Virus record (IMG/VR): IMGVR_UViG_3300022181_000117
Span: 1 to 57,753 of that record
DNA: 57,753 bases
Reading direction: 5' to 3' (one strand)
Source: a virus
Lineage: Duplodnaviria; Caudoviricetes
Part shown: piece by piece, positions 44,081 through 51,931 of the stretch
How the letters are laid out: every line of letters begins with the position of its first letter
Position numbering within the stretch: position 1 is the stretch's first letter
The notes under the pieces: generated by a model
Databases searched by the model: none
The model's input: only the letters and a program-made list of their open reading frames with translations
What the model was told of the DNA's origin: nothing
Program-made: the position numbers and the translations under genes

Positions 44081-44135
44081 ACTTCCAAGACATCGAATAT
44101 TCCGGGTTAATTTTTATCGAGAGAAAAATTATTAC

Positions 44136-44342
44136 TTAATTTGACTCGTCGTCGGCGTTTCCGGTAGCCTGTTCCCAATATTCGGGAGTGTCGCTTTCGA
44201 TAAGAAGTTGAGTGCGAATGGCCTTCTCCACCCACGCGGCAAACGACATGTCTTTTCTGGCCGCCGCCAGTTTTGCACGCTCTGCGATGGAAGGTCGGAG
44301 GCTGACTGATTGGGGGGCTTTCTGTTCGGCCAGGAATCCCAT
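44136..44342 (-). CDS. Small DNA-binding protein (ribbon-helix-helix/CII-like)
   Basis: QSVSLRPSIAERAKLAAARKDMSFAAWVEKAI RHH-like pattern; GGAGG RBS. Confidence 0.6.
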   Translation of the reverse strand: MGFLAEQKAPQSVSLRPSIAERAKLAAARKDMSFAAWVEKAIRTQLLIESDTPEYWEQATGNADDESN

Positions 44343-44379
44343 AGTTTCCCCCTCCCCGGGAAGTCACTGCTTGTTGCTG

Positions 44380-44398
44380 TTGTGTATTTTGTTCACAA
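44380..44398. promoter_or_regulatory. Operator-like imperfect palindrome TTGTG-N9-CACAA
   Basis: TTGTGTATTTTGTTCACAA; 17-bp exact copy at 48401-48417 and a 17/19 copy at 48991-49009. Confidence 0.7.
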
Positions 44399-44482
44399 GT
44401 GGTATGAAAACGACGAGAGGTGGGAACCGTGCCCGCCTATCGCCCATTGCACCCTCATGGGCCATGAACGAAAGGGAAAACG

Positions 44483-44638
44483 ATGACGAAAGAAGAAATC
44501 GCACTCGAAATCCTCGTCGCCGTGATTGGAAACGAAAGGGGCCCACACTACACGATCGATAACGCCAAACAGGTGGCCGAAGCCTACAACGTCATTCTCG
44601 AGACGATCAAGGTTCCGGCGTCGGCACCGGAGAAATGA
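44483..44638 (+). CDS. 51-aa antisense-oriented small protein
   Basis: Hand-translated MTKEEIALEILVAVIGNERGPHYTIDNAKQVAEAYNVILETIKVPASAPEK*; AAAGGGA RBS. Confidence 0.6.
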   Translation: MTKEEIALEILVAVIGNERGPHYTIDNAKQVAEAYNVILETIKVPASAPEK

Positions 44639-44777
44639 TCGCCTTCACCATTTCGTGATAGGTGCGAATCGCATTATCGCCGTAATCGATCCGCTCGACC
44701 GCCAGGGCCATGATCCGGATCTTTTGATCGATTGAAAGCTCAGCGCCCGGATTCGCTTCTTGCGCGCAAGTGTTCAT
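44607..44777 (-). CDS. 56-aa small protein downstream of cro
   Basis: AAGGAG RBS before MNTCAQ; helical. Confidence 0.5.
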   Translation of the reverse strand: MNTCAQEANPGAELSIDQKIRIMALAVERIDYGDNAIRTYHEMVKAIISPVPTPEP

Positions 44778-45057
44778 TTTCGGTTTCTCCTTGGTTTGCG
44801 GGGTGATGCTGCGGGGCATCATCGGAAAACAACCATTCCTCCGGTTTGCCCAGGATTGCGGACAGTCTCTTTTTTTCATCGTCCGTGAAGTCGCGTTCTC
44901 CACGCAGCTTCATGTTGAACGTGGACAACACCATGTCGAGCGCCGCGGCCGCCTCGCGCTGGACGAGGCCCTGCTCGATCAGCGCGATCTTGATCCGCAC
45001 GCCCTGCCGGCGATGCGACGGAGACGGAGTCCCGACTTGAGGGGATTGAGACGTCAT
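44740..45057 (-). CDS. Cro-like HTH (XRE) regulator
   Basis: GLVQREAAAALDMVLSTFNMKLRGERDF; divergent from the repressor. Confidence 0.85.
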   Translation of the reverse strand: MTSQSPQVGTPSPSHRRQGVRIKIALIEQGLVQREAAAALDMVLSTFNMKLRGERDFTDDEKKRLSAILGKPEEWLFSDDAPQHHPANQGETENEHLRARSESGR

Positions 45058-45094
45058 GAGCCGTATTCTCCATTCTGATGATTGTGACTGAAAC

Positions 45095-45124
45095 ATTTTA
45101 CACAAATGGATTTATGCATGTCAA
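45095..45124 (-). promoter_or_regulatory. PR-like lytic promoter
   Basis: TTGACA (45124-45119), 18 bp, TAAAAT, flanked by TTGTG/CACAA half-sites. Confidence 0.6.
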
Positions 45125-45867
45125 GGCCGAAGCCAAGTCAACTTATAAGAAGGCTGTTTGCTAGCCGCCTCGCTCTCGTCATGGGGGGGATGACTGCCAC
45201 GGATCTGTCACGTGAACTCAAAAGCAAGCAAGAAGTCACAATCACGTATCAGGCAATCGTGAACTATCTCAAGGGCGATTCCTTGCCAAAATCAGATATT
45301 CTTTATGAACTCGGGAAGTTTTTCGGGAAACCAATGGGCTGGTTCTTTGGAGAGGATGAACCGCAGAGGCGCCTTCCCAAACTGGTGATAGAAGAGACTC
45401 GCCGGTTCCAGTGCCTTGACGGGAAACACACCTTCTCCCGGGAGCATTACGTGCCGATTCCATTGCTGAAGGACGCCATCGCGGCGGGGCCGCCGAGCCG
45501 GGTCAAGGAAGACGACATCGGGAGCTGGGCCGTCATTTACAACGACCGGGAATGGATGCCCCACAGCCCCGAGGAATACACCTGCGTCAGGGTCAAGGGA
45601 GAATCGATGTGGCCGGTTCTTGCCGACGGCGATATCGTGGCCGTGGATCATGCCGACCGGGACCCCGCCTCGCTCAACAACAAGATGGTCGTGTTCCGGA
45701 CCGATGAAGGCGCGACGGTGAAATGGCTTCGGCACATCCCCAAGTACGAAATGGTGATCGGAGAGCCCGAAAACAGGGCGATGTCCGACAGCACCGTTTA
45801 CCTCAAGGGCGAGGACATCAACGACAAAATCGTCGGCCGCGTCGCCTGGTGGTGGGCAAAGAGATAA
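45106..45867 (+). CDS. cI: CI-like repressor (XRE HTH + S24 autopeptidase)
   Basis: N-terminal HTH; VKGESMWP...GDIVAVD...TVKWL...IVGRV S24 motifs. Alternative start at 45118. Confidence 0.92.
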   Translation: MDLCMSRPKPSQLIRRLFASRLALVMGGMTATDLSRELKSKQEVTITYQAIVNYLKGDSLPKSDILYELGKFFGKPMGWFFGEDEPQRRLPKLVIEETRRFQCLDGKHTFSREHYVPIPLLKDAIAAGPPSRVKEDDIGSWAVIYNDREWMPHSPEEYTCVRVKGESMWPVLADGDIVAVDHADRDPASLNNKMVVFRTDEGATVKWLRHIPKYEMVIGEPENRAMSDSTVYLKGEDINDKIVGRVAWWWAKR

Positions 45868-45934
45868 TCATCTGTCTGATATTTGAATTGACACAGAACA
45901 AAGTTGTGTATATTCAAACATTCCAAATACATCA

Positions 45935-46555
45935 TTATGCTCTAGAAGCATCACGATCAATACCTTCTAGAATCCTAGTAAAATGCACGGACAACTTGAA
46001 AAGGAATAAATATAGCCCATAATTACTGAGAGTAAATAGACGTATTCCCTTAAGTTTTTCAAAGTCAATATACTTAGTATCACAATTGTTAATTCTATCG
46101 AAAAATACTATTGATTCCCTTTCTAGCATTCCATGTGGAGGAAGGTAGAATATCTGTGTAATTCTTTGTTTTCGGATATCCCTTACATGAGAGTCGATTG
46201 AATCGACATCCTTGATGCCCTCTTCCAGCAAGGCATTCTTATATTTCTCTAAATTAAAAATAGTAGCATAGATAATTGCTGACGGAAATAGCCTAGGATT
46301 AACTGGGCTAATATCACAGGTATTAGATAGCACCATAGCCGGCGCCATGGCGATCTTCTCATTGGGAAGATTGACCACCAGCATATCAGTCAATCCGTCA
46401 CCTTGGTAAATCATTCTATCTTTTTGTAAGTAATCCGTATAAAGTCTACTATCTATATTATCCGGGAATCGCTTTAACTCCTCGAATAACTTATCGCTTG
46501 ATCCAGGAGATAAATACTTTGGTAGATAAATGCTTATGTCTTCCAATGAATTCAT
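45935..46555 (-). CDS. Putative PemK/MazF-fold toxin-like protein
   Basis: YQGD...MVLSNTCD...FYLP...RLFTLS...HFTR pattern; low GC; ATGA-coupled to the upstream gene. Confidence 0.5.
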   Translation of the reverse strand: MNSLEDISIYLPKYLSPGSSDKLFEELKRFPDNIDSRLYTDYLQKDRMIYQGDGLTDMLVVNLPNEKIAMAPAMVLSNTCDISPVNPRLFPSAIIYATIFNLEKYKNALLEEGIKDVDSIDSHVRDIRKQRITQIFYLPPHGMLERESIVFFDRINNCDTKYIDFEKLKGIRLFTLSNYGLYLFLFKLSVHFTRILEGIDRDASRA

Positions 46556-46863
46556 ATCAAGTCCCAATATCGGCGAGTGACCATATCAGCAAAGGATGAT
46601 TCCAGCTCCACAGAATTGGAAATAAGTTCTGATGCAAATTGACGTATGATATTGACCTTTTGCAGATCGGAACTGGTGCTTGGATCTATTCCATAATACC
46701 TTGTAAGAGTAAGTTGTGCGTCCCAAGGATGGGAATGAGACATAACGCTATTATGGGTAGCTTCAAGCCTCGTTTCCATGGGTTGACCGCACGGATCAAT
46801 CCCAGCATAGGTCAAAACTGCAAACGTCGAAGCCGTTACAATGAGGCACTTCATTGGATTCAT
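46552..46863 (-). CDS. Small hypothetical protein (possible antitoxin)
   Basis: Low GC; C-terminal helical ...FADMVTRRYWDLI; coupled to the downstream gene. Confidence 0.55.
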   Translation of the reverse strand: MNPMKCLIVTASTFAVLTYAGIDPCGQPMETRLEATHNSVMSHSHPWDAQLTLTRYYGIDPSTSSDLQKVNIIRQFASELISNSVELESSFADMVTRRYWDLI

Positions 46864-46868
46864 TTCTC

Positions 46869-47597
46869 CTACTCCTTAGAATATTCTGGGTTTAAAGAGT
46901 TGAGGAACGCCGGCTTCAAAAGCTTGAAAAAAAGAGTCTTCTCGTCGATATGGGCAGCTTCAATTATCTTGGGTATTTCTTCAAAATGGCGATCAATTTC
47001 AGTGATTTTGCTTATGTCAATATCAATGACTGATCCATGCCTCGTGGTATTAGTAGATTTGACATCTGCGGGATCGGCAATTTGAAGGGTTTGAGCAAAT
47101 TCCCTTCCAACAAATTCAAATCTCAGGATGGCAGTCTTTGTGACTAACGGTGAACCATTCAGTAAGAGATTAAGGTCTATATTCTCTAATATGCCTGGCT
47201 CAAATACATTTATATATCGTAATCCAACCCGATTAATTGTTTTTATGAATTCGAGTTCCCAAATTTTATTCAATGTATTAACAATTTCGCCAAAAAATGA
47301 CGTCCAACCGATATATTCTCCTGCGTTAGTAAATGAGATTACTTTTGGTCCAAGCAAGAAATGTAAATTCCCGCGTTTTAGTCGGTAGTGAGGTTGAAAT
47401 TTAAACTGCGGCTCATTTTCGCGGATTTGTTCTGGGAGTTGCAGGATTGGCAACTTTTCCAATTCTGGAAAGTCATCCATTAGAACCGGATAAACAATAC
47501 CAAATATGGCATCAGAAATGAGTCTCGACTCAAATCGAAGCTCGACGGTAGTTTCTGCCAAGGGGCAAGGAGAAATCTTGATAGGAAGTCGGATCAT
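46869..47597 (-). CDS. TIGR04255-family protein
   Basis: PLAETTVELRF...YIGWTSF...RVGLRYINVF...VIDID...F..L motifs; start ATG 47597. Confidence 0.75.
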   Translation of the reverse strand: MIRLPIKISPCPLAETTVELRFESRLISDAIFGIVYPVLMDDFPELEKLPILQLPEQIRENEPQFKFQPHYRLKRGNLHFLLGPKVISFTNAGEYIGWTSFFGEIVNTLNKIWELEFIKTINRVGLRYINVFEPGILENIDLNLLLNGSPLVTKTAILRFEFVGREFAQTLQIADPADVKSTNTTRHGSVIDIDISKITEIDRHFEEIPKIIEAAHIDEKTLFFKLLKPAFLNSLNPEYSKE

Positions 47598-47722
47598 ACA
47601 AATCCCTTTACCAGTCGCCACTTCAAGGCCATGAAAGCTTCTTCAACGCGGGGGTGGGCAACTTCTGCGGCCTGTAATTTTTCTATCACCTTCGGTTTGA
47701 CTTCAAAGGAGTAGAGGAGCAT
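47594..47722 (-). pseudogene. 42-aa ORF, probable N-terminal remnant of the Panacea-cognate (RelE-like) toxin
   Basis: MLLYSFEVKPKVIEKLQAAEVAHPRVEEAFMALKWRLVKGFV*; begins 3 nt after the antitoxin stop; ATGA-coupled to TIGR04255. Confidence 0.45.
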
Positions 47723-47725
47723 TCG

Positions 47726-48259
47726 CTAAACTGCCGCATCTTCAGCGATGGATTGCCGAGCCCAGGCAATATCCTCCTCGTCGATCTCGCCCATGGACGC
47801 CGCAAAAACCGTGTAATACGGTATCTCCTCGCCTATGGCCGCAAGCTCCCAAATCCGATCGTGTGTTTTTTCACTGATTGAGCGCGCGGTATGCCCGTGG
47901 CAGATAGTGCCGATCAGTTCGTCGATCATGTGGATTTCATCGGCGGAAAACAAAGATAGATAGGGTTTTCTCAGCGCGACGTATTCTCTCTTTTCATACC
48001 CATGGAAGGCCGCGTCGCGGACAAAAATTCGGCCGGCGTCCACGAGGTCCTGCTGTGCGGGAAGAACGTGTTGCGGAACGGGACCAAACTGCCTTTTGAT
48101 GTATGTCTCGCCGGTTATTGGAGTCCCATGGAGAATATAAGCCCAGGTATCGGCGTACCAGAGCATCTTGTTCAGCTTGGTCGCGCCCAGGTTGTCCTTG
48201 TCGGTTTTGTAACAAATGTAGTGAACCAGCGCTTTGAATTTCTCGAAATCGAATGCCAT
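47726..48259 (-). CDS. Panacea (SocA/DUF4065) domain antitoxin
   Basis: KLNKMLWYAD...ITG..Y...FGPVP...SEKTH...W signature; AAGGAGG RBS. Confidence 0.85.
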   Translation of the reverse strand: MAFDFEKFKALVHYICYKTDKDNLGATKLNKMLWYADTWAYILHGTPITGETYIKRQFGPVPQHVLPAQQDLVDAGRIFVRDAAFHGYEKREYVALRKPYLSLFSADEIHMIDELIGTICHGHTARSISEKTHDRIWELAAIGEEIPYYTVFAASMGEIDEEDIAWARQSIAEDAAV

Positions 48260-48456
48260 GGCCGGGCCTCCTTCTTGATGGCATTGGTCAAAACCGCATC
48301 CGCCATGCCCTTACCGGCTGACCCTGTTTTTTCGCTTTAATTGCCATGATGTATTTCCGCTTCTGTTTGTACTTATCGTCACTTTGACCGGCCGAGTCAA
48401 GTGTATTTTGTTCACAAAGTCCACGCTCCGTTCGCCCGGCGGCAAGGACGTTCTGT

Positions 48457-48849
48457 CTAACTGCGAGGCTCTTTGCATTCCCTGCCATGAGAACACGCGG
48501 ACCTATGGAGGTTAACCGGCTGATTTAGGGCGGAAACAATCTGCGGAATTGTCTCCGCCCGAAAAAGTATTTTACCCATGGGTTCATCGCCGTCCGCGCT
48601 TTCGATTCTGTAGACGATCTCGCCTATGCCGCGCAGCGCGGAAGCCAAAGTGCAAAACACGAACTTGCTCAGCTTTCTCCAGTCACCGTACCGAAAATAG
48701 ACCCAACCCCAACCGTCATATCCCTGGCAACTGTCCAAGGTGTAAAGCTCATCGATCCGGTTGAGCCGCTCAACCAAACCGGCAATCCCTTCGTCTACCG
48801 GGCTGTTGACCTTCACCCATACCTGTTTGTGCGCTTTCCCCTGCCTCAT
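48457..48849 (-). CDS. Hypothetical protein with Tyw3-like N-terminal motif
   Basis: VDEGIAGLVERLN....YTLDSCQG. Confidence 0.5.
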   Translation of the reverse strand: MRQGKAHKQVWVKVNSPVDEGIAGLVERLNRIDELYTLDSCQGYDGWGWVYFRYGDWRKLSKFVFCTLASALRGIGEIVYRIESADGDEPMGKILFRAETIPQIVSALNQPVNLHRSACSHGRECKEPRS

Positions 48850-48972
48850 TCTTACCTTACCTTGTCGGCCCGCATGTAACGCAGGGCGCGGGCGTCTGCG
48901 CATCCGCCCCTTCCTTTCCTGGCTCGCCGGAAGAATATCACAGAACTGGATAAGTGTACTTGTTTTTCGGCA

Positions 48973-49009
48973 TTGACAGAATAACTGCACTTGTGTATTC
49001 TGTTCTCAA
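48973..49009 (+). promoter_or_regulatory. PL-like early promoter with overlapping operator
   Basis: TTGACA (48973-78), 17 bp, TATTCT (48996-49001); operator copy at 48991-49009. Confidence 0.7.
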
Positions 49010-49220
49010 CATGCGTTTTCATCCCTTCTGCGGCGCGCGCGACAGGCTCGATGCCGACGGACGGCGCCGGCGGAAGGGAGAGTTTGAAACCCTTGCCCGG
49101 GTTTTTCGCGGATCAGGCGCCCTCCGGGGCCTAACGAGCCGATGGCCGCAGGGAAGCCGGACGGAAAGCACGCGGACGCGGATCGACCGTATTCGTTCAC
49201 CCTTCAAGCGAGGAGGAGCC

Positions 49221-49595
49221 ATGCCCATGGAATGCATCAAATGCCCGGTATGCGGCGGCGAGGCCAGGCCCAAGTGGGAAGCCGCAGGCGCCGCGCACCC
49301 CTATTTCATCGGGGATTATTTCTGCCCGCTCCACGAGGGGAGCATCCGCGCGAGCGGGTACGTAAGAGACGGCCAACGAACCGTTCTCTACTTCCATCCC
49401 GCGTGCCCGGACCACGGCACGGACCACGTGGTCCCGGACGTCGATCGGCGCCTCTTTTACTGCGGTATCTGCGGCCGCCGGATGGAAATCTTCGAAAGAC
49501 TGATCGTCACGGTGACCAGGCCCTTTCCGGAAAAGCTCCAGCCGGTCACGTGGTTTACGGTCCTGCACCGGGAAGGAGGGACAAACCAATCATGA
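49221..49595 (+). CDS. Multi-Cys Zn-binding protein A
   Basis: CPVC, CPLH, CPDH, CGIC; GAGGAGG RBS. Confidence 0.7.
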   Translation: MPMECIKCPVCGGEARPKWEAAGAAHPYFIGDYFCPLHEGSIRASGYVRDGQRTVLYFHPACPDHGTDHVVPDVDRRLFYCGICGRRMEIFERLIVTVTRPFPEKLQPVTWFTVLHREGGTNQS

Positions 49596-50020
49596 AACGT
49601 CAACTGAAGATCGTTGAGCCCGGGACTCCCCCGGCGGTTGCCGATTGGGAGGAAATGAAGGCCGGGATCCCCGACTGCCCGGTCTTCACGCAGGCCGAGC
49701 TCGATGAGGAATGGTATCGGCGCCAGCACGAAAAGGACCTGCACAGACGGCCGGTTCTGCCCCCGCCTCCGCCGAAGCGCCGCGCGGTCCAGATCGAAAT
49801 GTTCAAGGACGCTCAGGACCTGGTCTTCGAGTCGGACGGCCGGTTCGAATCCTTCCAGGTCAAACCGGACCCGAAAGAGGGAAACGTGACCGGCAAGATC
49901 GTCCTTACCGTGGACACTTCCGACGCCTACCGGGATCTCGCGCCGCTCCTCAAGCTGCAGGACCGGTTCGTGCGCATCCTGGTGGCAAGCACCGGCGTGA
50001 GCGCAAAGGACCTGGACTGA
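49592..50020 (+). CDS. Phage hypothetical protein
   Basis: ATGA-coupled start MKRQL. Confidence 0.6.
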   Translation: MKRQLKIVEPGTPPAVADWEEMKAGIPDCPVFTQAELDEEWYRRQHEKDLHRRPVLPPPPPKRRAVQIEMFKDAQDLVFESDGRFESFQVKPDPKEGNVTGKIVLTVDTSDAYRDLAPLLKLQDRFVRILVASTGVSAKDLD

Positions 50021-50033
50021 AAGGGGAGGGCGC

Positions 50034-50129
50034 ATGAGCAGTTTCATCGTCTTGAACCGCTGGTACCTGGTCCTGCTTTGGGCGCTGTCCCTGGTGGCGG
50101 CCGTTCTCATGGGAAGGTGGCTCCCATGA
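50034..50129 (+). CDS. 31-aa membrane peptide
   Basis: GGGGAGG RBS; MSSFIVLNRWYLVLLWALSLVAAVLMGRWLP. Confidence 0.45.
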   Translation: MSSFIVLNRWYLVLLWALSLVAAVLMGRWLP

Positions 50130-50148
50130 CGGCCGTAAGGAGAGAGTC

Positions 50149-50586
50149 ATGAAATGTCCTGTCAATGGTTGTGAATTCGAGCTCTTTCGGCAATGGGAGG
50201 CGAACATTCCGTCCCGGCGCAACTTCACGGGGGTGTTCGCCTGCCCCCGGCACGGCGTCATGAAGGCAAGCGGGGTTTTCGACCCCGTGTCTCACCGCAA
50301 GGACATCCTGTACTTCAACCTCGCCTGCCCCGAGCACGGAACGGACTCGGTCGTGGTGGACGCGCGGCACGGCATCCACACCTGCATGGTCTGCCACCGG
50401 AGCTGGACCGCGGACGCCGAGGGGAAGCACATTCACCGCGGTCCGCTTCCCGATCCAGGCGACCAGGGTCCGGTCACGTGGATGAACACGGTGTATGCCG
50501 CCGGGCTCGATGACTTCGATTTCGAGGCCGACGAGCCCCGTCCCGCCTTTGGCGACGATTTTACAGATGAGGAAAGGAAACTTTGA
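50149..50586 (+). CDS. Multi-Cys Zn-binding protein B (paralog of A)
   Basis: LYFNLACPEHGTDSVVVD vs LYFHPACPDHGTDHVVPD in protein A. Confidence 0.7.
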   Translation: MKCPVNGCEFELFRQWEANIPSRRNFTGVFACPRHGVMKASGVFDPVSHRKDILYFNLACPEHGTDSVVVDARHGIHTCMVCHRSWTADAEGKHIHRGPLPDPGDQGPVTWMNTVYAAGLDDFDFEADEPRPAFGDDFTDEERKL

Positions 50587-51920
50587 TGAGCAAAAACGGA
50601 AACACAGCAATAGTAACAATCCCTACCCCGGCCGACGCCGTGACGCGCATCGCGGCGCAATACCCGGAAGAGGCGAAGGTTCTCTCCGGCGTGCTTGCCC
50701 GGGACGTCCGCACGCTCGGGACCGACGAGGTTTTCGCGCTTCGGGACGGCCAGGGGGAAATCAAGGCGTTCAAGGGGACTCTTACCCTTTCCCTGGCCGA
50801 CGGCACCCTGGTGCAGCCAGTTGCCGACGGACCTCCCGTGATATCCGCGCAAGGCTACGAGCAGTGGGCGGAGGCGGTCGGGGCTTCGGTGATTTTCCCC
50901 AAAGAAGTCCTGGTCGACGGCCAATGGCAGCAAAACCCGGCCATTGTTCGCGACAAGGACAACCGCCGGATCCTGTGCATCTATGCCCGGGCCGTTGCGT
51001 TTCGGTTCAGCTCCAAGGGCATTCCCCAGGTATCGGACTGGACGACCATCTTCGATACGCCCTCGTACAGGCTGATCGACCTGTTGGGAAAGGCGAAGAA
51101 GTTCCCGCAGGCGTTCCGGCTGCTGCCGGCGGATATGGGCAAGCCCGAACTGGAGGGGACCTGGGCGAGTTATCCCTTTGACGAATCGACGGCCCTGTGG
51201 GTCAACACCGCCCACGAGGAGGCGCTGAGCTGGTTCGCGCAGATTCTCAATCGGGAGAAAAAGGCCATCGATTTCGCGCAAACCTTCGCCAGGCGCAACA
51301 CCCTGAAGCACCTTTCCGGCCTGCAAAGGGTGCCGCCCAGCCGGGAAACGGAATCCGAGTGGAAGGGAAAGGACGGAAGGATGCACAAGACGAAACGCAT
51401 GGAATACCCCTCCGCCTGGACGGTTCCCATCCTGTGCTGGCGGCCGACTTCCGGCAACATCGTGAAGTGGGACGCCACCCGGTACGCCACGGTCCAGGAA
51501 GTCGCCGGTCGCCTTATCACTTCCAGGGGCGACGACTTCGCGTCGGACGGCGCGCAAACGCCCTTTGCCATAGAAGCCAGGACCGGCAGGGAATCCGTCT
51601 CGGACGATCCGGGCAACGAGGCTCTCGAGGCCTCCGTCGACCCCGAAGACCAGGGCGACGTGATCGACGCCGAGGTCCAGGAACCCCCGCAACGGCAGGC
51701 CCCGCCCGAAGCCCCGCCGAAAACCCCCGAGTTGAAGTTGAGCGACGAGGACCGGAAGACTCTCATGAACTACCACGCAGCCCGCGAACAATTTGTTCTC
51801 GAACATGCCGAAGCTTGCAATCTGCTCGGCTTCGCGGTCGACGCCAACTTAACCCCGGACCAGGCCAGGGCCGTTATCCACAAGATCGGCGTGGTGCTCG
51901 ACGCGCAAAACATCGCATAG
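50583..51920 (+). CDS. Putative recombination (single-strand-annealing-like) protein
   Basis: AQTFARRNTLK helix, acidic DVIDAEV linker; position before the ATPase and helicase. Confidence 0.5.
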   Translation: MMSKNGNTAIVTIPTPADAVTRIAAQYPEEAKVLSGVLARDVRTLGTDEVFALRDGQGEIKAFKGTLTLSLADGTLVQPVADGPPVISAQGYEQWAEAVGASVIFPKEVLVDGQWQQNPAIVRDKDNRRILCIYARAVAFRFSSKGIPQVSDWTTIFDTPSYRLIDLLGKAKKFPQAFRLLPADMGKPELEGTWASYPFDESTALWVNTAHEEALSWFAQILNREKKAIDFAQTFARRNTLKHLSGLQRVPPSRETESEWKGKDGRMHKTKRMEYPSAWTVPILCWRPTSGNIVKWDATRYATVQEVAGRLITSRGDDFASDGAQTPFAIEARTGRESVSDDPGNEALEASVDPEDQGDVIDAEVQEPPQRQAPPEAPPKTPELKLSDEDRKTLMNYHAAREQFVLEHAEACNLLGFAVDANLTPDQARAVIHKIGVVLDAQNIA

Positions 51921-51931
51921 AGGAGGCCGCC

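Noticed and set aside
51197-51931. N-terminal extension of the 588-aa ATPase ORF
   Set aside because: Overlaps the upstream gene and is R/G-rich frame noise; a strong RBS precedes ATG 51932.
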